A stretch of 32,000 nucleotides of DNA from Geotalea uraniireducens Rf4 (GCF_000016745.1 NC_009483.1:4320001-4352000), one strand, 5' to 3'; shown: positions 1-7,953, counted from the stretch's first letter. Notes: generated by a model from the sequence alone, not told the origin. Program-made: numbers and translations.

Positions 1-113
1 TGCTCCAGCCGGGCTTCCATCTCAGCCTGTTTTTTCACAACCAGATCGTTATTGCCGCAACCAACAGCCAGGAAGCTAAAAACGCCGATGATAAGCCCGT
101 ACAGTAGTCGCAT
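1..113 (-). CDS. putative lipoprotein, N-terminal fragment (gene continues past the left edge)
   Basis: Reverse strand reads AAGGAG, 6 nt, ATG, then MRLLYGLIIGVFSFLAVGCGNNDLVVKKQAEMEARLE. This is a hydrophobic signal peptide ending in a lipobox-like AVGC. It is too short for the ORF track. Confidence 0.4.
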   Translation of the reverse strand, partial: MRLLYGLIIGVFSFLAVGCGNNDLVVKKQAEMEARLE

Positions 114-248
114 GTCTTCTCCTTGAGAAAATTTAACACAATTAAAGCTTTTTCCCGATTTTTGTCAAGAATAAAGCTTTGATTTGGGGTTTAATAACAC
201 CTGCGAATATGTTACCATCCCCGCGCAGATGAATGTAAATCTCTCCCC

Positions 249-417
249 CTAGGAGCCTGTCGGACTTAGGGAATCGTAGCGAGAGAATGGAAAATCGAGG
301 ACAGATTTCCGGAAATTTGAGAGCTAATAGTGGACCTATTCGTCGAAAATTTACGGGAATATGGACCGATTTGCCATTCTCGCAGTAGATTCATTCCTAA
401 GTCCGACAGGCTCCTAG
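249..417 (+). mobile_element. 169-bp MITE-like near-palindromic element, copy 1
   Basis: Perfect 22-bp terminal inverted repeats: CTAGGAGCCTGTCGGACTTAGG (249-270) and CCTAAGTCCGACAGGCTCCTAG (396-417). The interior also pairs arm to arm. A second copy lies at 17970..18138 in inverted orientation, with about 11 mismatches in 169 by hand alignment. Confidence 0.7.
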
Positions 418-452
418 ATTCGTAAACGGATGAACTGTTGCAGAAACAAAGC

Positions 453-1667
453 ATGAAAAAGCCCGAACTCCTTGCCCCAGCCGGCAACATGGAAAAACTC
501 CGTATCGCCGTCCATTACGGCGCTGATGCCGTCTACCTGGGGGGAAAAAGCTTCGGTTTGCGGAACCTGGCCGATAATTTCTCCACCGCCGAACTGGCGG
601 AAGCCGTGGTCTATGCCCATGAACGGGGGGTTAAGGTCTACCTCACGGTCAACGCCTACCCCGACAACGATGATATAGGCGAATTGCTGCATTATCTGGA
701 AGAAGTGCGCCCTATCCCCTTCGACGCCTACATTGCCGCAGATCCCGGTGTCATTGAAACCATCAGGGAAATCTCGCCGGAACGCGACATCCACCTCTCA
801 ACTCAGGCCAACACCACAAACTGGAAAAGCGCTCTTTTCTGGCAGAAACAGGGGATACGGCGTATTAACCTTGCCCGCGAGATGTCCCTTGAAGGGATGC
901 GCCAAGTCAGGGAGAGGACCGACATCGAACTGGAGGCCTTTGTTCACGGAGCCATGTGCATCTCCTATTCGGGGCGCTGCCTCCTGTCCAGCGTCATGAG
1001 CGGCAGAAACGCCAACAAGGGTGAATGCACCCAGCCCTGCCGCTGGAACTACGCCATCGTCGAAGAAACGAGACCCGGCGAGTATTTCCCGGTCATGGAG
1101 GATGAAAACGGCACTTTTATCTTCAACTCCAAAGACCTCTGCCTACTTACCTACCTGCCGGAACTGGCGGGCGCTGGGGTGGATTCCCTGAAAATCGAAG
1201 GAAGAATGAAGGGGATCTATTACGTTGCCTCTGTCGTGAGAATTTACCGCCAGGCCCTGGACCGTTACTTCGCAGAGCCGGAAACCTACCGCTGTGATCC
1301 CGACTGGCTGGAGGAACTCTGCAAGATCAGCCACCGCGGCTACACAACGGGCTTTTTCCTCGGCCCGCCAAAAGATATTGACCACCAGTACCACTCCAGC
1401 TATATTAGAAACCATGAATTTGTCGGCATAGTAGAAGAGCCACTGCCGGACGGCGCCATTATATTGGAAGTCAGGAACAGGATAAAAACCGGAGACACCC
1501 TGGAATTCATCGGTCCCGCCATGTCGTCTTCCTTCCACGAAATGAAAGAGATCATCACCGACCGGGGAGAAAGGGTTGAAGCTGCCAACCCTAACCAACG
1601 CATCATTGTCAGGACCGCTTTCGCAGCAGAGAAATATGACCTGGTCCGACGGGAAAAATCCTTGTAG
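453..1667 (+). CDS. peptidase U32 family protein (Fe-S, collagenase/TrhP/UbiU-like)
   Basis: The N-terminus KKPELLAPAGNMEKLRIAVHYGADAVYLGG and the EAFVHGAMC motif are typical of U32. The Cys motif CX6CX15CX3C is present (CISYSGRC...GEC-TQP-C). ATG 453 is preferred over the track's TTG 438. Confidence 0.85.
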   Translation: MKKPELLAPAGNMEKLRIAVHYGADAVYLGGKSFGLRNLADNFSTAELAEAVVYAHERGVKVYLTVNAYPDNDDIGELLHYLEEVRPIPFDAYIAADPGVIETIREISPERDIHLSTQANTTNWKSALFWQKQGIRRINLAREMSLEGMRQVRERTDIELEAFVHGAMCISYSGRCLLSSVMSGRNANKGECTQPCRWNYAIVEETRPGEYFPVMEDENGTFIFNSKDLCLLTYLPELAGAGVDSLKIEGRMKGIYYVASVVRIYRQALDRYFAEPETYRCDPDWLEELCKISHRGYTTGFFLGPPKDIDHQYHSSYIRNHEFVGIVEEPLPDGAIILEVRNRIKTGDTLEFIGPAMSSSFHEMKEIITDRGERVEAANPNQRIIVRTAFAAEKYDLVRREKSL

Positions 1668-1743
1668 ATTGCTGTCGCAAGCCGAATACCAGCGAAGTAC
1701 GGCAAACGGTCTTCGCTCCGTTGAACAAAGGAAACCCACACCC

Positions 1744-3405
1744 ATGAAATTCTTTACCGCCTTCCTGACCAAAAAAGAGGGGAGCCCAGCAACGGACCTG
1801 GGAGTCCTCTTGACTCTCTTCGGCATCGCATTCTTCCAGTTCCTGGGCCGTCTCCCCCTTATCGAGACCGATGAAGGTCGTTACATGGAGATACCCAGGG
1901 AAATGCTGGAGAGCGGAGACTTCATCACGCCGACCCTGAACTATGTCAAATACTTCGAGAAACCGCCCCTCCATTACTGGTTGAACGCGCTTTCAATCAA
2001 GGTATTCGGCCAGACCGAATTCGCCGCACGATTCGGCAGCGCCCTGTGGGGCATTTTGGGAATCATCCTCACCTACCATCTCGGCCGCAAACTGTTCGGC
2101 CGTCGGGAAGGACTCATTTCCGCCCTTATCCTCGGAACATCCGTGGGCTACCAGGTGCAAAACAGGCTCAATATCACCGATACGACCCTCACTATCTGCA
2201 TGGCCGCCTGCCTCGGCTTTTTCCTCATCGCGGTTCAGGATGAAGAAAAACGCAAGGGGTTGTACTACCACCTCTTCTACCTGTTCGCAGCCCTTGCCGT
2301 GCTGGCAAAGGGGCTTATCGGCATTGTCCTCCCCGGGGCCGTAATTTTCTGCTACCTGCTTTTCACCAGACGCTGGGCGATCCTTAAGGAAATGCGCCTC
2401 ATTACCGGTGTCCCCCTCTTTTTCCTGGTCGCCGCCCCCTGGTTTGTCCTCGTCTCCCTGCGAAACCCCGAATTCGCCCGGTTCTTTTTCATCCACGAGC
2501 ATTTCGAACGTTTTCTCACCAAAGTACACGGCAGGTATCAGCCCCCCTGGTTTTACATCCCGATACTTCTCGGCTGCATGCTCCCCTGGTCGTTCTTCAT
2601 CCCAGCCGCCTTCATACGGGTCTGGAAAGAACGGAAATCGACCGGTGCAGATGTTCGGCTTTATCTCGCTCTCTGGGCGATCGTTATTTTCGCCTTTTTC
2701 TCCAAGTCCAATTCCAAGCTCATCCCCTATATACTCCCCATTTATCCGGCGATAGCACTTCTCATCGGCGGGACTTTCGTGGCCGCCCTTGACAAGGGGT
2801 TCAGGCCACTGAAACGTCATGCAGTGACCGCCTCGCTGGTGCTCTGCATCCTCGGCGCCGGTGTAATCGCCTATCCTCAGATTGCCGCCAAACCGGCAAT
2901 AACTGCCGCAGGCGGAGCGATCATCGGCCTTATCCTACTCTGTCAGGGAATACCCGCCTTGATAGCCACCGCAAGGGCGCAAACAGCCGCCCTTCTTTCC
3001 GCACTGCTCATCTTCGCTTACATTTTCGGCATTTTCGGCCCACCCGTCATCTACGCGAAAATTGCCGCCAAAAAGTCCTCCAGGGAGCTGGCAATGATCA
3101 TCCGGGAAAAAGCCGGCAAAGACGCATTGGTGGCCACGTTCGAGTACGAACAGGGTCTGCCGTTCTACACCAAGAGGCGCGTCATAGTTGTCGGCGGTCG
3201 GGGGGAACTGGAATTTGGCAGCCGCCAGGGGGACCAGTCCGCGTGGTTCATCGAACTGGAACAGTTTAAACGGTTGTGGGATTCACCGACACCGGTTTTT
3301 GCCCTTATCCAGCAAAGAGAGGTGGAGCCGCTGCAGAAGGCCCTGGCGACACCGATGAAAGTGCTCGGCAGAGAAGGGCGACGGATACTCGTAACCAACC
3401 ATTAA
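1744..3405 (+). CDS. arnT: undecaprenyl-phosphate-L-Ara4N:lipid A transferase (GT83/GT39, ArnT-like)
   Basis: ETDEGRYMEIPREM, YFEKPPLHYW, FFIHEHFERF and GELEFG line up by eye with E. coli ArnT (DETRYAEISREM, YFEKP, FFWVEHIQRF, GELKYG). The protein is polytopic. The start was moved to ATG 1744 (MKFFTAF) because the track start 1576 overlaps the U32 CDS. Confidence 0.85.
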   Translation: MKFFTAFLTKKEGSPATDLGVLLTLFGIAFFQFLGRLPLIETDEGRYMEIPREMLESGDFITPTLNYVKYFEKPPLHYWLNALSIKVFGQTEFAARFGSALWGILGIILTYHLGRKLFGRREGLISALILGTSVGYQVQNRLNITDTTLTICMAACLGFFLIAVQDEEKRKGLYYHLFYLFAALAVLAKGLIGIVLPGAVIFCYLLFTRRWAILKEMRLITGVPLFFLVAAPWFVLVSLRNPEFARFFFIHEHFERFLTKVHGRYQPPWFYIPILLGCMLPWSFFIPAAFIRVWKERKSTGADVRLYLALWAIVIFAFFSKSNSKLIPYILPIYPAIALLIGGTFVAALDKGFRPLKRHAVTASLVLCILGAGVIAYPQIAAKPAITAAGGAIIGLILLCQGIPALIATARAQTAALLSALLIFAYIFGIFGPPVIYAKIAAKKSSRELAMIIREKAGKDALVATFEYEQGLPFYTKRRVIVVGGRGELEFGSRQGDQSAWFIELEQFKRLWDSPTPVFALIQQREVEPLQKALATPMKVLGREGRRILVTNH

Positions 3406-3473
3406 CATGAAAACAATGGTATCCCGTTTGATTTTGTGCAATATATAACTGTTTAAATTGCCGGAGGTTGACT

Positions 3474-4637
3474 GTGCGTCAAGAATTCTTACCCTTTTCC
3501 ACTCCCACCATAGAGGATGACGAAATCAACGAGGTGGTCGACTCCCTCAAATCGGGGTGGATCACCACCGGGCCGAAGGTCAAGCGTTTCGAAGACGCCT
3601 TCAAGGCCTATGTGGGAGCCCCCTACGCTGTTCCGCTCAGCTCTGCCACCGCCGGCCTGCACTTGGCGCTACTTGCCTTGCAGCTTAAGGAAGGGGACGA
3701 AGTAATCACTACCCCCATGACCTTTGCCTCTACGGTGAGCATGATCATCCTTTGCGGCGCCACGCCTGTGCTGGTCGATATCGAACCGGGTACGCTCAAC
3801 ATAGACGCCGGAAAGATCAGGGAGAAGATAACGGCAAAGACCAAGGCCGTCGTGCCGGTCCATTTCGCCGGGCAGCCGTGCGACATGGACGCCATCTTCG
3901 CCCTGGCCAAAGAGTTCAACCTGACGGTCATCGAGGATGCCGCCCACGCCGCCGGCACCGAATACAAGGGAAAGCGGATCGGCTCCTTCGATACTATCTC
4001 CATCTTCTCATTCCACCCCAACAAAAATATAACCACCGGAGAAGGGGGGATGCTCTGCACGACCGACGAGGCGCTGGCGGAAGAGGTCTCCCTCCTGAAG
4101 TTCCACGGTATGAGCAGGGAGGCGTGGAAACGCTTCTCCGCCACAGGCAACCCCAACTACGAGATCCTGCTCCCCGGCTTCAAGTACAACATGATGGACA
4201 TCCAGGCCGCTCTGGGCATTCACCAGCTCCCCAAACTGGACGGTTTCATCGCCAAGCGGACCGAAATCGCCGAATTCTACAACGCCGCCTTCGCCGATGT
4301 GGCAGAGCTGGCCAGGCCCAGCTACGCCCCGTACGACCAACGCCATGCCTGGCACCTCTATACGCCGCTCATCCGTATCGAGCGGCTCACCATCGACCGT
4401 GATCAGTTCATGGCGGAACTGAAGAAGCTGAACATCGGCACCGGACTCCACTACAAGGCGATCCATCATCACCCCTACTACCGCGACACACTCCAGATCC
4501 CGGCAGGGGCATTCCCCAACGCCGACTATGCGTCAGACAGGATCCTTTCCCTGCCGCTCTTCCCGAAGATGACCATGGACGACGCCCGGGACGTGGTGGA
4601 GGCGGTGAAGACCGTGATTGCAAAGAACAGGAAATAA
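3474..4637 (+). CDS. arnB: UDP-4-amino-4-deoxy-L-arabinose--oxoglutarate aminotransferase (DegT/DnrJ/EryC1 family)
   Basis: QEFLPFSTP, SGWITTGPK, SSATAGLHLAL, FSFHPNKNITTGEGG and LSLPLFP are colinear with E. coli ArnB. GTG 3474 was chosen because GGAGG (3463-3467) lies 6 nt upstream, whereas the track TTG 3468 abuts it. Confidence 0.9.
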   Translation: MRQEFLPFSTPTIEDDEINEVVDSLKSGWITTGPKVKRFEDAFKAYVGAPYAVPLSSATAGLHLALLALQLKEGDEVITTPMTFASTVSMIILCGATPVLVDIEPGTLNIDAGKIREKITAKTKAVVPVHFAGQPCDMDAIFALAKEFNLTVIEDAAHAAGTEYKGKRIGSFDTISIFSFHPNKNITTGEGGMLCTTDEALAEEVSLLKFHGMSREAWKRFSATGNPNYEILLPGFKYNMMDIQAALGIHQLPKLDGFIAKRTEIAEFYNAAFADVAELARPSYAPYDQRHAWHLYTPLIRIERLTIDRDQFMAELKKLNIGTGLHYKAIHHHPYYRDTLQIPAGAFPNADYASDRILSLPLFPKMTMDDARDVVEAVKTVIAKNRK

Positions 4638-4641
4638 TGGC

Positions 4642-4710
4642 GTAGGGGCGGGGTTTCCCCGCCCTGATCGCGATCAAAGAACAGGCAGGGCGGGATAACC
4701 CCGCCCCTAC
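4642..4710. repeat. REPIN-like double hairpin (two inverted GTAG-headed GC-rich modules)
   Basis: GTAGGGGCGGGGTTTCCCCGCCCTG (4642-4666) and CAGGGCGGGATAACCCCGCCCCTAC (4686-4710) are mutual reverse complements. Each module can also fold on itself. The palindrome ATCGCGAT sits at the centre. Confidence 0.7.
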
Positions 4711-4728
4711 AACCGTCAGGACACCACC

Positions 4729-5667
4729 ATGCCAGACAAACCGTACATATCCATAGTCATCCCGGTCTACAACGAGGAACTGAATCTCCCGCCGCTCATC
4801 GACCGCCTCTATCCGGTCATGGAGCAGATCGGCAAGCCGTTCGAGATCATTTTCACCGACGACGGCAGCCGCGACAGCTCGCTCAGCATCCTGCAAGGGA
4901 TGGCGGAAAAGTTTCCGGAAGTGCGGGTGATCGAGTTCAACGGCAACTTCGGCCAGCACATGGCAATTCTGGCTGCATTCGAGAAGAGCACGGGCAAGAT
5001 AGTCATCACCCTCGACGCGGATCTGCAGAACCCGCCGGAGGAGATACCGAGGCTGGTGAGAGAGGTGGAGAAGGGACACGACGTGGTCGGGACGATCCGC
5101 CAGAAACGCCGGGACTCCATGTTCAGGAAGGTTGCCTCGCGCATCGTCAACATCACCACCAACAAGATGACCGGCATGCACATGAGCGATTACGGCTGCA
5201 TGCTGCGCGCCTACCATCGCAACGTAGTCAATAACATCAACCGCTGCCAGGAGACCACCACCTTCATCCCGGCACTGGCCCAGACCTTTTCCGCAAACCC
5301 CACCGAAATAGAGGTCGCTCATGCGGAACGCTCCGAGGGGGAAAGCAAGTACTCCCTCTACAAGCTGATCCGTCTCAACTTCGACCTGATGACCGGCTTT
5401 TCCGTGGTGCCGCTGCAACTCTTCGCCCTGATGGGGATACTGACCGCCCTTTTCTCCGTGGCGTTCGCCGTTTTCCTCCTGGTGAGGCGCTTCATCATCG
5501 GTGCCGAGGTGGAAGGGGTCTTCACCCTGTTTGCCATCCTCTTTTTCTTCATCGGCATCATCATCTTCGGCATCGGCCTGGTGGGTGAATACGTGGGAAG
5601 GATCTACCAGGAGGTGCGCAAGCGGCCACGGTATGTGGTAAGAAGGCTGCACGGGTTTGGGGAGTAA
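4729..5667 (+). CDS. arnC: undecaprenyl-phosphate 4-deoxy-4-formamido-L-arabinose transferase (GT2)
   Basis: SIVIPVYNEE, DADLQNPPEEIPRLV, VVGTIRQKRRDS, GESKYS, two C-terminal TM helices and GEYVGRIYQEVRKRPRY match E. coli ArnC motif for motif. Confidence 0.9.
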   Translation: MPDKPYISIVIPVYNEELNLPPLIDRLYPVMEQIGKPFEIIFTDDGSRDSSLSILQGMAEKFPEVRVIEFNGNFGQHMAILAAFEKSTGKIVITLDADLQNPPEEIPRLVREVEKGHDVVGTIRQKRRDSMFRKVASRIVNITTNKMTGMHMSDYGCMLRAYHRNVVNNINRCQETTTFIPALAQTFSANPTEIEVAHAERSEGESKYSLYKLIRLNFDLMTGFSVVPLQLFALMGILTALFSVAFAVFLLVRRFIIGAEVEGVFTLFAILFFFIGIIIFGIGLVGEYVGRIYQEVRKRPRYVVRRLHGFGE

Positions 5668-5670
5668 GGA

Positions 5671-5758
5671 CGTTCTACGTTCAAGGTTCGAGGTTCGAGG
5701 TTCGAGGTTCGATGGTTCGATGGTTTCAACGTAGAACTTAGAACGTAGAACTTAGAAC
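5671..5758. repeat. heptamer-repeat spacer: GTTCNNN units facing NNNGAAC units
   Basis: The spacer reads GTTCTAC GTTCAAG (GTTCGAG)x3 GTTCGAT G GTTCGAT G GTTTCAAC. This is followed by GTAGAAC TTAGAAC GTAGAAC TTAGAAC, the reverse-complement type. The outer GTTCTACGTT / AACGTAGAAC segments pair. Confidence 0.8.
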
Positions 5759-5784
5759 AAATATTTTCCCTGGAGTTAATACAT

Positions 5785-6711
5785 TTGGAGACTGCTAACA
5801 GAATTATCGTCTGCGCCTACCATAACGTCGGCTACCACTGCCTGGAAGAGCTCCTCCGGCAGGGAGCGGAGGTGGCGATGCTCTTCACCCACGAAGATTC
5901 CCCCACCGAGGAGATCTGGTTCAAATCGGTGCGGAAGCTGGCAGAAAAGCACGGCATCCCGTTTCGCACCAGCGATATAAATGAGCCCGCAAACATCGCA
6001 CTCCTCAGGGAACTGCGGCCGGACTTCATCATTTCATTTTACTACCGGAACATGATCCGGCAGGAGGTGCTCGCCATACCGGTACGCGGCGCCCTCAACC
6101 TGCACGGCTCCTATCTTCCCAAATACCGCGGCAGGGTGCCGGTCAACTGGGCCGTCATCAACGGCGAGACGGAAACCGGCGCCACCCTCCACTACATGGT
6201 GGAGAAACCGGACGCCGGGGACATCGTCGATCAGGAAAAGGTCGCCATCGCCTTCGCCGACAGCGCCTTCGACGTATTCAACAAGGTTACCGACGCGGCA
6301 GTGACCGTCATCCGCCGCGCCTGGCCGCGACTAACTGCCGGCACGGCTCCACGCATCCCCATGGACCTGACGGCAGGGAGCTACTTCGGCGGCAGGAAAC
6401 CGGCCGACGGGCTCATTGACTGGACGAAGGGCGCAGTGCAGATCTACAACCTGATCCGCGGTGTCACCCACCCATACCCCGGGGCATTCACATACCTGGA
6501 CGGAAAAAAGATCGTCATCTGGCAGGCGTGGCCGGTGGAGGGTATAGGAGGACCGGGTTGCATTGTCTCGGCAGAGCCGCTCCTTGTCGGCACCGGCGAC
6601 GGGCTCCTGCAAATCAAGTCACTGCAGGCTGAGGAGCAAGAGGAAGTCGCTGCAGACAGGTTCACCGGCGACCAAAACCTGAAAGGCAAAAGCTTTTCAG
6701 CCACGAATTGA
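5785..6711 (+). CDS. arnA: UDP-L-Ara4N formyltransferase (stand-alone ArnA N-terminal domain)
   Basis: FTHEDSP, FYYRNMI, NLHGSYLPKYRGRVPVNWAVINGETETGATLHYM and DAGDIV are colinear with residues ~1-300 of E. coli ArnA. The start is a TTG with GGAG 10 nt upstream, so the exact start is uncertain. Confidence 0.85.
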   Translation: METANRIIVCAYHNVGYHCLEELLRQGAEVAMLFTHEDSPTEEIWFKSVRKLAEKHGIPFRTSDINEPANIALLRELRPDFIISFYYRNMIRQEVLAIPVRGALNLHGSYLPKYRGRVPVNWAVINGETETGATLHYMVEKPDAGDIVDQEKVAIAFADSAFDVFNKVTDAAVTVIRRAWPRLTAGTAPRIPMDLTAGSYFGGRKPADGLIDWTKGAVQIYNLIRGVTHPYPGAFTYLDGKKIVIWQAWPVEGIGGPGCIVSAEPLLVGTGDGLLQIKSLQAEEQEEVAADRFTGDQNLKGKSFSATN

Positions 6712-6776
6712 CACCGATAATCTCGAAAAGGGAAAAAACATAATTGCATTCGTGCAGGTTCGTGTGCATTCGTGGC
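6700..6776. repeat. CACGAAT/ATTCGTG-triplet palindromic element
   Basis: The right arm CATTCGTGCAGGTTCGTGTGCATTCGTGGC carries TTCGTG at 6749, 6759 and 6769, an exact 10-nt phase. The degenerate left arm GCCACGAATTGACACCGATAATCTCGAA overlaps the arnA-FT stop codon. The outer 9 bp, GCCACGAAT / ATTCGTGGC, are perfectly complementary. Confidence 0.65.
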
Positions 6777-6807
6777 CAATAATCAAATCCACGTGATTGG
6801 AGAAACA

Positions 6808-7848
6808 ATGAAAGTTCTTATTCTCGGCGTCAACGGCTTTATCGGCAACGCCCTCACCAAGCGCATCCTCGACACCACCGACTGGGAGGTGTACGGCCTC
6901 GACATGAGCGACAACAAGCTCGAACATTCCATCGGCCACCCCCGCTTCCACTTCCTGGAGGGGGACATCACCATCAACAAGGAGTGGATCGAGTACAACA
7001 TCAAGAAATGCGACGTGGTGCTGCCGCTGGTGGCCATCGCCACCCCTGTCACCTATGTCAGGGACCCGCTCAGGGTCTTCGAGCTCGACTTCGAGGAAAA
7101 CCTGAAGATCATCCGCCAGTGCGCGAAATACAACAAACGGGTGATCTTCCCGTCCACCTCCGAGGTGTACGGCATGAGCCCGGACCGGGAGTTCGACGAG
7201 GAGACCTCCCCCCTCACGCTCGGCCCGATCAACAAGGAGCGCTGGATCTACTCCTGCGCCAAGCAGATGCTCGACCGGGTCATCTACGCCTACGGCGAAC
7301 ACGAGGGGCTGCAATACACCCTGTTCCGCCCCTTCAACTGGATCGGTCCCAAGCTGGACAGCATCAGCACGGCCAAGGAAGGGAGCTCGCGGGTCCTGAC
7401 CCAGTTCCTGTACAACATTCTTGCAGGAGAACCGATCAGCCTGGTTGACGGCGGAAATCAGCGCCGTTCCTTCACCTTCGTCGAAGACGGCATCGACTGC
7501 CTGATGCGGATCATCGATAACAAGGACGGCTGCGCCGACCGTGGTATCTTCAATATCGGCAACCCGGGCAATGATCTGTCGGTTAAGGAGTTGGCCATTA
7601 AATTGAGGGATATGATGAAGGAATACCCGGACTACCGTGATCGGGCGGAGAACTGTCAGATAGTGGAAGTGACCTCCGATACCTTCTACGGCAAGGGATA
7701 CCAGGACATGCTGACCCGCGTTCCTTCGGTCAAGAACGCCAGAGAGCGACTCGGCTGGGAACCTAAAACCGGCATCGACGATGCGCTGAGAAAGACCCTG
7801 GAGTTCTACCTGGTCGAAGAGAAAGAGAAGATCGAGCACCTTTTATAA
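6808..7848 (+). CDS. arnA: UDP-glucuronate oxidative decarboxylase (stand-alone ArnA C-terminal SDR domain)
   Basis: MKVLILGVNGFIGN (GxxGxxG), HPRFHFLEGDI, CDVVLPLVAIATP, RVFELDFEENL, FPSTSEVYGM, RWIYSCAKQ (YxxxK) and FRPFNWIGP are colinear with the E. coli ArnA C-domain. GGAG lies 5 nt upstream of ATG 6808. Confidence 0.9.
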   Translation: MKVLILGVNGFIGNALTKRILDTTDWEVYGLDMSDNKLEHSIGHPRFHFLEGDITINKEWIEYNIKKCDVVLPLVAIATPVTYVRDPLRVFELDFEENLKIIRQCAKYNKRVIFPSTSEVYGMSPDREFDEETSPLTLGPINKERWIYSCAKQMLDRVIYAYGEHEGLQYTLFRPFNWIGPKLDSISTAKEGSSRVLTQFLYNILAGEPISLVDGGNQRRSFTFVEDGIDCLMRIIDNKDGCADRGIFNIGNPGNDLSVKELAIKLRDMMKEYPDYRDRAENCQIVEVTSDTFYGKGYQDMLTRVPSVKNARERLGWEPKTGIDDALRKTLEFYLVEEKEKIEHLL

Positions 7849-7927
7849 GGATCGAGGATATAGGATCGAGGTTCGAGGATATAGGTTCGAGGAAAACGGT
7901 TTTTCCTAGAACCTCGTTCCTCGTTCC
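7849..7927. repeat. TCGAGG-repeat spacer with hairpin
   Basis: GGATCGAGGATATA GGATCGAGG TTCGAGGATATA GGTTCGAGG is followed by the inverted CCTCGTTCCTCGTTCC. AGGTTCGAGGAAAAC (7883-7897) pairs with GTTTTTCCTAGAACCT (7899-7914). Confidence 0.7.
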
Positions 7928-7953
7928 TTTCAAGCAACCGAGGTGAAGCCTGC

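Noticed and set aside
140-168. Minus-strand promoter for the left-edge lipoprotein gene (TTGACA, 17 nt, TTAATT)
   Set aside because: The -35 is perfect but the -10 is poor, and I have no other support. It is too weak to list as a feature.
360-380. Sigma-54 promoter inside the MITE (TGGACCGATTTGCC)
   Set aside because: The GG and GC dinucleotides are 8 nt apart instead of the required 10, so it does not fit the -24/-12 consensus.
266-490. 74-aa minus-strand ORF spanning MITE copy 1
   Set aside because: It runs through the palindromic element and into the U32 start region. It has no RBS, and the equivalent ORF is not preserved in copy 2.
1576-1743. Upstream extension of arnT (track start 1576)
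   Set aside because: It would overlap the last 92 nt of the U32 gene and add a non-hydrophobic, non-conserved N-terminus. ATG 1744 gives an ArnT-like N-terminus of the expected length.
4408-5652. 414-aa ORF on the minus strand
   Set aside because: It lies entirely antisense to arnB/arnC, which have strong motif support. Its translation is low-complexity (rich in G, D, H, A, R and P), as expected for a shadow ORF in GC-rich coding DNA. It has no RBS.
6697-7839. 380-aa ORF on the minus strand
   Set aside because: It is antisense to the ArnA decarboxylase-domain gene. The composition is that of a shadow frame and I see no recognisable motifs.
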